61,631 nt of DNA from Candidatus Bathyarchaeia archaeon (GTDB lineage: Archaea; Thermoproteota; Bathyarchaeia; Bathyarchaeales; Bathycorpusculaceae), in the NCBI GenBank assembly GCA_050010515.1, contig JBEKKX010000014.1, positions 1 to 61,631 of the forward strand. The letters are read 5' to 3'. Under the pieces are notes generated by a model. That model searched no databases. It saw only the letters and a program-made list of their open reading frames with translations, and was not told the origin of the DNA. The translations under genes were made by a program, and so were the position numbers. Below are positions 40,215 to 48,823 of the stretch, piece by piece. Within the stretch, counting starts at the first letter, position 1. The number at the start of each line of letters is the position of its first letter.

Positions 40215-42203
40215 ATGCGATCTGATACCTTCATATCTGAACTACATGACATTGGAAAATTGGCCGATAAGGAGGCCCTTAAAAAAGTCTGTCCCGGTAT
40301 CAAAATTAAGGGTCATGCATTCTATGATTTTGATTTTACGTTATTCGGAATTCAAAAACCCTCTTCACCAAGTTGGTACTTACAATATGCAGAAGAGGAT
40401 ATTCTGAACCATGCCGACAGGGATTTATTGAACTCTTCCGAGGCAATTCGGCTTATTCCTGATCCTCAAATTCGTGCAGACATTCTTCTGACAAAGATGG
40501 CTGACGGTATCTCAGCTTCAATAACACGGCAAATCCACAAAGGACAAGCCGGCGAAGGCGTTTACAAACTTTGGAATCCTGAATATTATCAGAAAAAAGG
40601 AAAATACTGGGCGGCTTTCAAGGATATTCCAAGCCTTAGATGTATGTTCCAGTATATCGATTCATGCGTTGCCTACCAGAACTTTCTAGATGATTTTAAG
40701 GAAAATCTTGATTTGACACCTGAAGACAAGAGTCCACCCGGCAATACTGTCTCGCTTTATACCCATCTTGAACTATCTGGTAAAATCTTTCGTGTTTTTA
40801 AGAAGCACTCAGAACTTCGATTACAAAATAGCCAATACGTATTGATTAACAATGGTCAAGCGATAAATAGCATCAAAGAGGCATGCGGGCACAGAGACAT
40901 AGATAAAGAAGAAGGAAAATGGATATTCAGATTAATATTCTGTCATATTAACTTCTCCCAATCTCTTATCAGACTTCAAGACCTTAATGTTTTAAAGATA
41001 AGAGAGAAACAAATTAGAGACTTTGCGAAGAATGAAAACACCAAAGATTACATTCTGTTCTTCACTAACGATTTTATGTGCTTGTTTATTCCTAAAAATG
41101 AAGAACTGTCGATAACGAAACTAATGAGACCTTTTGTGGAGAAAGGCCTGATTCTTGATTATATAGAAATGGAAGCAGATCTCAATCTGTTGACCTCTTC
41201 TTTCGAAAGAGCCTACCGCTTATTTCATTCCTTGCCGCAAACAAGCAGGCATCTGAAGGTTTATGAAAAAACATTGAATGGTGAGCTTCCACCAGAACTG
41301 GGACCAGATATCTGTGACTCTTGCCAAATTCGAGAAGGCAAAGAGAGAATGAAGGGGCAGGTCCGAGAATGTTTATGTCCTGTATGCACCGAAACTCGTG
41401 ATATGGGAGAACCGGCAGTTGAGTACGCTAAGTGGGAAGGAAAGGCAGCATGGATGAAAATTACACTGGAACAAGACCAAATAGAGAAACTGCTCCGTCG
41501 ACTGTTTGAAGAATACGTTAATGACTCTCCGATGATGAGGGGTGTTCAGAGCTACTGCAAAACTGAACTTAAGGAATGCTTCAGACCACTCGCCGTGCGA
41601 ATAGACTTCATAAAGGATTATAAAACTTTGTTACGTCTATTCAAAGAGAAAATATACACGTTAAAGAATAAAACAGGCGATCTAATCTTCAATAAAGAAA
41701 CTTTTCTATATCCTATTGATGAATTTGACGAATTTGGAATATTTAAGGTGGATTCAGGCAAAATAATTCTAGCCGTCATTGACACATTTTTTGATTGCAT
41801 GAATCAAATTTTTCCAAAATGTACAAATGATAATTCGCCTATTAGACTTGCCATCAGTTTTGCATCAGTAAAATACCCCTACCAAAAGCATTGGCGCTTT
41901 CTATCCAAACCAATGGGATTAGTTGACATTCAACAGCAGCCTTCGGGAAGGTTGACGCTCAAAGCCTCGCAGTACAAAAGTCTTAAAGAGGGAATTGGAG
42001 AACCTAAAGCCAATTTTAATCATTTCTTACACCGTCTAAAACAGATAAAAGCAAGTTTGAATGAGGAAACAATGATTCAACTTGAAGTTTATGAAAGAAA
42101 TAACCGTAGAAAGTTCCCAATCTTGTTGGAATTCCTTAAAGAAGGACTAACTCCAGAGCAAATACTTAACTTTTACGAATTAACGATGGAGGAAGAATTT
42201 TGA
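40215..42203 (+). CDS. cas10: Divergent Cas10-like large subunit (HD + Zn finger + degenerate Palm domains, no GGDD)
   Basis: ELHDIGK...ADGISAS HD, PED...SLYTH, CDSC...CPVC; Palm2 GGDD position reads YPIDEFDE; LAISFA..KYP. Confidence 0.8.
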   Translation: MRSDTFISELHDIGKLADKEALKKVCPGIKIKGHAFYDFDFTLFGIQKPSSPSWYLQYAEEDILNHADRDLLNSSEAIRLIPDPQIRADILLTKMADGISASITRQIHKGQAGEGVYKLWNPEYYQKKGKYWAAFKDIPSLRCMFQYIDSCVAYQNFLDDFKENLDLTPEDKSPPGNTVSLYTHLELSGKIFRVFKKHSELRLQNSQYVLINNGQAINSIKEACGHRDIDKEEGKWIFRLIFCHINFSQSLIRLQDLNVLKIREKQIRDFAKNENTKDYILFFTNDFMCLFIPKNEELSITKLMRPFVEKGLILDYIEMEADLNLLTSSFERAYRLFHSLPQTSRHLKVYEKTLNGELPPELGPDICDSCQIREGKERMKGQVRECLCPVCTETRDMGEPAVEYAKWEGKAAWMKITLEQDQIEKLLRRLFEEYVNDSPMMRGVQSYCKTELKECFRPLAVRIDFIKDYKTLLRLFKEKIYTLKNKTGDLIFNKETFLYPIDEFDEFGIFKVDSGKIILAVIDTFFDCMNQIFPKCTNDNSPIRLAISFASVKYPYQKHWRFLSKPMGLVDIQQQPSGRLTLKASQYKSLKEGIGEPKANFNHFLHRLKQIKASLNEETMIQLEVYERNNRRKFPILLEFLKEGLTPEQILNFYELTMEEEF

Positions 42204-42841
42204 ATGACAACAAAGTCTTAATGCATTTTCAGTTAAGCACACAGGCGGTAGCAATAGGCGAGCGAGTAAAAGCCGGTACTTTCCGTCCTTGCTTGGAAAC
42301 AATACCGACCTCCACTCTTAAAGGTGCTTTCAAAGAGCAGTTCGGTCTGGAAAACATTTTCGCTATCGGGTTTTTCAACAATAAGTTATATGAAAAGGCG
42401 TTTTTTACCTATTCACCATTTGATAAGGCAGTGAACACATCTAAACTGCCAATAACCGCAGAATATCTTAGGCCAAAAACTGGTTTTCCTCAAGTTTTGG
42501 CAGATATTTACATAATAAAAAATGAACCCGCTGAATTACTTATGAACTCCATGCCCTCCATTATTTCGATTGGAGCTTTAAAAAGTAAAGGCTTTGGAAG
42601 ATGTGGCATTAAATTCATTGAAGAAGTTGCAATAAAATTAAAAATTGGTTATTTAAAGGGTCGAATGCTTGAAGAAGAAGCAAATGCTTTTGAAATCAGA
42701 AGAATTATTAAAGCGTCTTATGGATACTTGTTTTGTCCCACAAACAAGATAACTGGAGTTTACAAGAGAAGCTTATTCGAAAGAAGTATAATCGAAGGAC
42801 CAGAAATTATGATAGATGGAGAGTATCAATATGATTTCTAG
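42200..42841 (+). CDS. cas5: Cas5-group RAMP subunit (type III-F/H-like)
   Basis: IPTSTLKGA RAMP helix, G-loop IGALKSKGFG; translationally coupled to cas10. Confidence 0.75.
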   Translation: MNDNKVLMHFQLSTQAVAIGERVKAGTFRPCLETIPTSTLKGAFKEQFGLENIFAIGFFNNKLYEKAFFTYSPFDKAVNTSKLPITAEYLRPKTGFPQVLADIYIIKNEPAELLMNSMPSIISIGALKSKGFGRCGIKFIEEVAIKLKIGYLKGRMLEEEANAFEIRRIIKASYGYLFCPTNKITGVYKRSLFERSIIEGPEIMIDGEYQYDF

Positions 42842-43427
42842 TTCTGGAATTTTGCATGACATAATGAAGCGTATATTAAATGATACAGATGTATTTGCCC
42901 CTCCTTATGACCGAACTCAAAGAGAAAACATTCTATTATTCCAAAAAGAGGATTGGAAAAAACTGAGTTTGGCTTTTGAGAAACGTGATAAGTCAACATT
43001 CAATTGTCTGATCGACAAGCGGCTACAAAATCTTCATGCTGAGGCAAGTTGCTCACAACATTGGCGAAAGGTCCAAATCGAAACATTACTACCACTTGGC
43101 TTATCTCTCAAAAATGCATTTGAAACTAAACCTAATCTTTTATCCTTGCTATTTGATTTGTTTGATTGTTTTGGATTATTTGAATGCAGACTACCCAACA
43201 TGGAAGATTACGGAACGGTAATCGAAAATCACACAAAACCAATAGTTGAGCAATTCTTTTTTCACCAAATAAACAAGGCGAATATGGATCAAAAACGTGC
43301 TTTAGCCAGAGTCTTTGAGTATGTAAAGGAGTTATATAACTTGAATATTGATGTAGTTGAAATAGCCTTCTTTGTTAGGAAGCTGAATTCGTTGACTGAA
43401 TTGGTGGAGGTGATAAAAGATGAATAG
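42816..43427 (+). CDS. Putative divergent Cas11/small subunit (helical)
   Basis: Position between cas5 and cas7 with overlaps on both sides; helical-looking sequence; no recognised motif. Confidence 0.55.
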   Translation: MESINMISSSGILHDIMKRILNDTDVFAPPYDRTQRENILLFQKEDWKKLSLAFEKRDKSTFNCLIDKRLQNLHAEASCSQHWRKVQIETLLPLGLSLKNAFETKPNLLSLLFDLFDCFGLFECRLPNMEDYGTVIENHTKPIVEQFFFHQINKANMDQKRALARVFEYVKELYNLNIDVVEIAFFVRKLNSLTELVEVIKDE

Positions 43428-44256
43428 TATTGAAGATTTTAAAGCCTTACCTCAAAGCAAACAGCAAGGAATTATAACTATTTTCCAAATCCCAATTAGC
43501 ATTTCGGTTCAAGAGGGATCATTTCTCCATATTGGTGGTAGCCCTTCCCCTCTTACAGAAAAGAAAGCGCAAGTTTTTTCTATTGATGGAGAGCCTGTAA
43601 TACCTGCCTCAAGCTTTAAGGGAGCATTTAGATATCAGTTAGAGCAATGGTTAATCAAGGATAAAGACGAATTAAAAAGACTCTTAGGTTTAAGAAATGA
43701 TGATTGCCTAAGACCATGCATTCCTGCACCAAGACCCTCAATAGCAGAACAGCAGCTAATCAATATCGGTTATCGTCAAAAACATTGTGATATTAAGGTC
43801 GAAGAAGACGAGATGATTCTAAACAAAGATATTGGCGTATGTCCAGTTTGCTATTTTTTTGGTGCTGGAGGCTTGATGGGATTACTGAGAATCCCCAATT
43901 TTTTGCCTAAAGTTGGGGAACACATAATTGACCAGACTAGCATAAGGATAGACAGAAAAACTGGAACAGCAGCTATAGGCGCAATTCTTAAAGGAGAACA
44001 AGTGAAACCTAAAACCGTATTCAACGGGTCACTTGAAATTGTGTCAAAACAGGGAACTTTTGTACTAGGAAGGGCACGTGAAATCGGAGGGGCAAAAATC
44101 GATATGTGGCTGGATGGGATTGCATCGAAACCTACTGAAGAAGCGCAACTTTTATTGATTAACAAACTCTTGATTCCTGCGCTAAGAAACATAACAGTCC
44201 TAGGCGGACAAAAAAGCAAAGGAGCAGGAAAAGTCACAGTGGAACTAAGCAAATGA
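43420..44256 (+). CDS. cas7: Cas7-group RAMP backbone subunit (Csm3-like)
   Basis: LHIGG, PVIPASSFKGAFR, CPVCYFFG, SIRIDRKTG, EQV, LGGQKSKGAG. Confidence 0.88.
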   Translation: MNSIEDFKALPQSKQQGIITIFQIPISISVQEGSFLHIGGSPSPLTEKKAQVFSIDGEPVIPASSFKGAFRYQLEQWLIKDKDELKRLLGLRNDDCLRPCIPAPRPSIAEQQLINIGYRQKHCDIKVEEDEMILNKDIGVCPVCYFFGAGGLMGLLRIPNFLPKVGEHIIDQTSIRIDRKTGTAAIGAILKGEQVKPKTVFNGSLEIVSKQGTFVLGRAREIGGAKIDMWLDGIASKPTEEAQLLLINKLLIPALRNITVLGGQKSKGAGKVTVELSK

Positions 44257-44319
44257 CTTCATCTGCCAATTCTGCAAACTTTAGTCAGATAGCCCAAGCA
44301 ACGCCCATTTTTTAATCCC

Positions 44320-44581
44320 TTCCGTATAATCGTAGCCTGTATAACTATTGAAAGAATAGATAAAGTGCGAAAGTAACTAAAGCAATACCTAAACTGTGTG
44401 CAGAATTCCGCGCTTGAAGGCGAGCTTAAAGAATGCGAAGTGGAAAAAATAAAGGTGTGCTTAAACAAGCTATATAAAAGGAAAAGAACTCCATCATTTC
44501 CCCTACGAAACACCTGACAAGAACTGGGACACCAAAGAAGTTTTAGGTACTGAAAAAAGCGAAGTAACAACCATGTTCTAG
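44320..44581 (+). pseudogene. cas2: Decayed cas2 (no start, in-frame stop, frameshifts)
   Basis: IIVACITIERIDKVRK*LKQYLNCVQNSALEGELKECEVEKIK...NSII...KEVLGTEKSEVTTMF*; matches Cas2 YLNWVQNSVFEGEL and E-x-LG-x-EK motifs. Confidence 0.8.
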
Positions 44582-44686
44582 TCAGCACCTATAAATCAAA
44601 CACGCCATCGCACCCTGACTTTTACGGCGCTCATAAAAGCTTAAATTCCATTGATTGATAGTTAAAACAAGGTTAAATAGCGCCCT
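44582..44686 (+). promoter_or_regulatory. CRISPR leader
   Basis: AT-rich region with TATA-like aaaagcttaaat, next to the intact first repeat; the degenerate repeat is at the far end. Confidence 0.65.
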
Positions 44687-44914
44687 GTTGAAATCGAGCT
44701 AAAGTAGAATTGAAATTAAGAAGATGTAACTGTTAGGTAATATTGTGTTTGAGTTGAAATCGAGCTAAAGTAGAATTGAAATGTATTACCCCACAGCCCT
44801 GATGTGTCATTCGCCCACATTGAAATCGAGCTAAAGTAGAATTGAAATACTGAACTGTTGACTTGGACCCGCCCAAGTGCCATCGTGGAAATATAGCTAA
44901 AATAGCATTAGCAG
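44687..44914 (+). CRISPR. Mini CRISPR array: 30-bp repeat GTTGAAATCGAGCTAAAGTAGAATTGAAAT, three 36-bp spacers
   Basis: Repeats at 44687, 44753, 44819 (G1A) and a degenerate copy at 44885; 3' ATTGAAAT handle. Confidence 0.95.
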
Positions 44915-45282
44915 CAGTAGCTAGCCCCTCAATCTATGAGGAGTAATGCAAACGATTCGGGATTTTTCGCAAACGGAAAGCTAACCTGAATTCCAGCGTG
45001 TTTGCGGGATGATTTTGGCGTCGGCAGCACCATTATCCATCGCTAATCAACGAGAAACTGGAATTTTTCAGCGCCTGTTTGAGATGACATTTATTTCTCA
45101 CAAACTTTCTTGCGGGAGGGTTTCTTTTGATATAAACATTTAGCGGAACCGTTGAGAAACCTTGTTAAAAAGCGTCAGCAGTTAAGCAGTTAATTGAATA
45201 TTTGGCGTTTTTACAGACTAGCAAGCGCAAGGATAATATAGAGATTCATTAAATCATCTTTTGAACTGAAGGTGCCGTTGTC

Positions 45283-46437
45283 ATCAAAAGCAAAATCAGC
45301 AGCATCGGATACGTCAACAAAATTCAGGAAAACATTTTAAGCATTAAACGAAAAGAACTTTCACTGTTATTTAATGAACTGAAAGCGGCTGACTGCGTAG
45401 TCTGCGGAGGATCAGGCAGATCGCTCTACTCGTTGAATGCTGCCTTGAGCCAAATTGCACTTAGCCAAGTCGGCTGGAGAAACAAGGTTGTTTTAACTCC
45501 TGATGATCCTGGTTTTCCGGGCAAAAGCATGTATGATGCAGCAGCTGACCTTGGAAGGCGTTACAAGAAAACCTTGCTTTTGATAAATTCTGGCAGCGGT
45601 TATTCTGATGACCCGTTAGTTATGGCTCAAGATTTAGTCAAGTACATTGAAGAAAAGAAATCAAACAGGTTTTCAATGGGTCTTTTAACGTCCACTCTTG
45701 AGTCGCCTTTGGGGGAAATAGTTGGTAAGTATGGTCACGTAGTTGAGCTTAAGGGACGCGGCAAATCCAAGCCAGGCACTGAGTACAGCGAAACAGGCAT
45801 GATGGGCGACATATTCGAGTTAGGCACACTTGAACTGTTAAACAGCATGATTGAAGCTGTCTTTCGGAACCTTGAAGTTGATGATGTCTTTCAGCTTTGC
45901 ACTGAAGAATTTGAAAAAATCGGCGATATGATAGACTCCAACGTTAACTCTGAAACCTACACGCAACTCGTCGATATACTTGAAAAACGAACAAACGTGT
46001 TCCTCGGCGGAAAAGGCACCGCAAACGAAATCGCCAAAATGACAGGCGTAAGACTTTTCCACATCAAAAGTTTCCTAGGCGACAACGTCTACATAACAAG
46101 AGGCGTAAATACCCCGCATCCAAGAGCAGGCGACCTCGAAATCCTCTTATCATACTCAGGGGAAACAAGACCCGTCATCATCTGGGCTGACGTAATTAAA
46201 AAGTTCGCTGGAATCGTATTTGCAATAACAACTTCACCAGATTCAACGCTAGCAAAGAAAGCAGACTTAAAAATCATCCTGCCAGAAGAAGCCAAGCCAA
46301 TGACGCCAAGACGCTTCTACACTCGAGCAGCCTACGTTTTAAGCCCAATTCCAGTAAAGTTGGCTGAACGACTTGGTCAAAGAGGGCTGAATCTTCCTGA
46401 ATACATAATCAGCTGGTATCATTCAGTAACGCAGTAA
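45283..46437 (+). CDS. Double SIS-domain sugar-phosphate isomerase-like protein (N-terminus extends upstream of ORF-track start 45433)
   Basis: In-frame VCGGSGRS motif lies upstream of 45433; INSGSG, GGKGTA and LSYSGET SIS motifs. Confidence 0.8.
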   Translation: MKSKISSIGYVNKIQENILSIKRKELSLLFNELKAADCVVCGGSGRSLYSLNAALSQIALSQVGWRNKVVLTPDDPGFPGKSMYDAAADLGRRYKKTLLLINSGSGYSDDPLVMAQDLVKYIEEKKSNRFSMGLLTSTLESPLGEIVGKYGHVVELKGRGKSKPGTEYSETGMMGDIFELGTLELLNSMIEAVFRNLEVDDVFQLCTEEFEKIGDMIDSNVNSETYTQLVDILEKRTNVFLGGKGTANEIAKMTGVRLFHIKSFLGDNVYITRGVNTPHPRAGDLEILLSYSGETRPVIIWADVIKKFAGIVFAITTSPDSTLAKKADLKIILPEEAKPMTPRRFYTRAAYVLSPIPVKLAERLGQRGLNLPEYIISWYHSVTQ

Positions 46438-46654
46438 AATCCTATTTTTACTGGTTAAATTACCAAGCAAATAGCCTACCTCTCCCCCTATACTTTCAAT
46501 TTTGCTAGAGAAATTCACTTGCTAAATTGATACCCTATCCCGTCTTTAGTAGCGCTTTTCAAAAACCAAAGAAGTCCAGAGTACATTAAGGTGCTATAAT
46601 GGTCTCGGTAAGCTGAAAACAGAGAGATAAGTTCTAAATCTGAATAGCATAGAA

Positions 46655-46701
46655 AAATCTTTTAAGCAAAGTCAAAACAAATACAAAATCAGCGAAAACA
46701 T
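46655..46701 (+). repeat. Duplicated promoter/5' segment, copy 1
   Basis: aaatcttttaagcaaagtcaaaacaaatacaaaatcagcgaaaacat, similar to 47030-47076. Confidence 0.75.
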
Positions 46702-46720
46702 ATCTGATTGAAGTATCGCT

Positions 46721-46987
46721 ATGGTCTCCAAAGCATTTACGGCTATTATTCTTACTTTTAACATCATAATGAGTATTCTATTTTTTATCGCCAGCCAATT
46801 AGTGCTTTTGGCAAGTGAAGGTTTCATCATAGGTCACGTGGGCTTCTTCGACATTATGCGTGTGTCAACAGATGAAAGGGGATTGAGCTCATTAATCTCT
46901 AACGTTCCATGGGTAGTCCTTTTCTTTTCCTTAATAGTAAATGTTGCTTTCGTAGTAGTGCTCCTCAGAAGCAAGGACAAAACCTAA
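46721..46987 (+). CDS. Small 2-TM membrane protein
   Basis: Two hydrophobic helices and a basic tail. Confidence 0.7.
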   Translation: MVSKAFTAIILTFNIIMSILFFIASQLVLLASEGFIIGHVGFFDIMRVSTDERGLSSLISNVPWVVLFFSLIVNVAFVVVLLRSKDKT

Positions 46988-47029
46988 ACAATAAGCCCAA
47001 AAACCTTCTTTCCTTTTTCGGCTGTTTAT

Positions 47030-47076
47030 AAATCTTTTAAGCAAGGTCAAAACATAAACAAAATTGGTGAAAACAT
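47030..47076 (+). repeat. Duplicated promoter/5' segment, copy 2
   Basis: aaatcttttaagcaaggtcaaaacataaacaaaattggtgaaaacat. Confidence 0.75.
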
Positions 47077-47305
47077 GAAACCCAATTCCAAAAGATTATT
47101 GGGTATAATTGTTTTTGCAATTGGCTTTGCGCTCCTAATCTATCAAATAATTCAATTAATTTTTCTAAATAACCCATACAATCCGATAATAGGCACAGCA
47201 AATAACCAATACAATCCTTAGTTAACGATAATAGGCTCAGTTATATGTTTAATAGGTGGGTCAATTTTAAATATGAATAGACGAAGCAAACAGAACTCTT
47301 CTTAG
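47075..47305 (+). pseudogene. Small 2-TM membrane protein gene with in-frame TAG at codon 49
   Basis: MKPNSKRLLGIIVFAIGFALLIYQ...NQYNP(TAG 47219-47221)LTIIGSVICLIGGSILNMNRRSKQNSS*; SD GGTGA. Confidence 0.6.
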
Positions 47306-47371
47306 ACCAACATATAGCATATCAGAATTAGTAAAGTTTCCAGAACTTTTCATATGACATAGCTTAAGGTT

Positions 47372-48823
47372 TTATTCGATTTTTAGCCAAAACGGTTTGC
47401 CAGAGAGAAAATCTGTTAAGAACTCAGCGAAATCAACATTTTCTTCATACACTGCACCTATTTCGGCGTTAACCAGAATCTTGAGGTTTTTACGGATTGA
47501 TTGTGCAATCAGTTCAGCGACGCCCGCAGTTTTGCCTCCATCCACAAGCTTCTCTTTTAAGAGTGCAGCTACATCGGTTGTTTTGCGTGGCACCATAACT
47601 ATCCATCTGCCGTCCTCTATGTGGGGTCCAGAAATCACTTTTTCGTTATCAGCGTATTTGGAGAGGAAACTTTTGCACTCCACTTCTCGTTCCAGCGGTG
47701 GACCAAGGTGCTTTTTGATGTTTGGCAAAACTTGCTGTTCAAGCTCAAAAGTGAAAATGCTGAGGGTTTTTTCGTTGCTCCAAACGGTGTCTTTTAGGAT
47801 TTTGTAATCGTTTAGCTCTAATAGTCTATGTAGTGAACGCTTTGTTCTGTATAGTTGTCCCCATAAAACGTCTGGAACAGCACTCACTTGGTCTATAACC
47901 AGAAATACAATGGATGAGCCGCGGTTCTCAAGCTGGCTTTTCAAGCTTGCAACTGGTAAAGCCTCAATTTTAGGCTGATAAAAGAAGGCTACTTCAGGCT
48001 TTTTTAGGAAGGCTCTGGCTGCGCCAACAAAACTGTACAGTTTCTGAGGCTGCACAGCTGAAGCCACGTTTCTTCCTTTATCAACGGGGTCAACGATTAC
48101 TAATGGTTCAGGGAAGAGTAGGCTAAGCTCGTTTTCTCTGTTTTCATAATAGTTTTCGGTGTCTATTACTACTCGTTTATTATATCGTGCAAAGGCTCGT
48201 ATTGTTTCAGAGAACGAGCGGTACTTCATTATCAATAGTTCGCAAAGGTAACCGCTGAATCCGCCGACTTTTATTTCTGCCCCATAAACGCCTATGCTTT
48301 GCATGAACCTTTTAAGAAGCCGAACCTCCCCGCGCAAGCTTGTGCTTAAGTGTTTTTTAATGTAGTCTGTGTGGTACGGTGTTCTGTCAGTGGCGCTTTG
48401 CCACTCGCCAGGTTTGGCATCATAACAAGGAACAATGTCCACTCGGTAGCCTTCAACGAATATTTCTAGGTAAGGATGCTCAGCGAAACGTTCAATCTGC
48501 TCATAAGCGCCAGCCGCTTTTTTAGCAATTTTTAAGCCGATGTCACCAAGGTTTTTTCTCGGGATTGATGTTGGTAGGCGCATGAAAACGTCGATGTCGG
48601 GGTTTTCCTTAAGCCATGTGTCTTTAGCTACTGACCCTTCAACACGCACAATCGCTGGAACGCCTTCTTGTTTGCAAGCCAAGGATACTTTCTGCTCTAA
48701 CTCACGGGTTATAGCATCAACTTTTGCACGGTCCTCTTTTCCAGGCGTAATTTTCTCCAGAACCTGCTTGGTTACTGCTTCGATTTCCTGCATGGCTATC
48801 ATTTTTGCTCCTGTGCTGGGCAA
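47372..48823 (-). CDS. cca: Archaeal class I CCA-adding tRNA nucleotidyltransferase (true start probably ~48793-48802)
   Basis: GSVAKDTWL..DIDVF, AEHPY, DIVPCY, DRTPYH, GFSGYLCEL, DPVD..RNVA. Confidence 0.95.
   Translation of the reverse strand: MPSTGAKMIAMQEIEAVTKQVLEKITPGKEDRAKVDAITRELEQKVSLACKQEGVPAIVRVEGSVAKDTWLKENPDIDVFMRLPTSIPRKNLGDIGLKIAKKAAGAYEQIERFAEHPYLEIFVEGYRVDIVPCYDAKPGEWQSATDRTPYHTDYIKKHLSTSLRGEVRLLKRFMQSIGVYGAEIKVGGFSGYLCELLIMKYRSFSETIRAFARYNKRVVIDTENYYENRENELSLLFPEPLVIVDPVDKGRNVASAVQPQKLYSFVGAARAFLKKPEVAFFYQPKIEALPVASLKSQLENRGSSIVFLVIDQVSAVPDVLWGQLYRTKRSLHRLLELNDYKILKDTVWSNEKTLSIFTFELEQQVLPNIKKHLGPPLEREVECKSFLSKYADNEKVISGPHIEDGRWIVMVPRKTTDVAALLKEKLVDGGKTAGVAELIAQSIRKNLKILVNAEIGAVYEENVDFAEFLTDFLSGKPFWLKIE

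Noticed and set aside
44259-44588. 109-aa minus-strand ORF after cas7 as an ancillary gene
   Set aside because: It is the antisense shadow of the cas2 pseudogene
45283-46437. SIS-domain gene as a CRISPR ancillary effector
   Set aside because: Separated from the array by about 370 bp, looks metabolic, and the Cas10 lacks the cyclase motif
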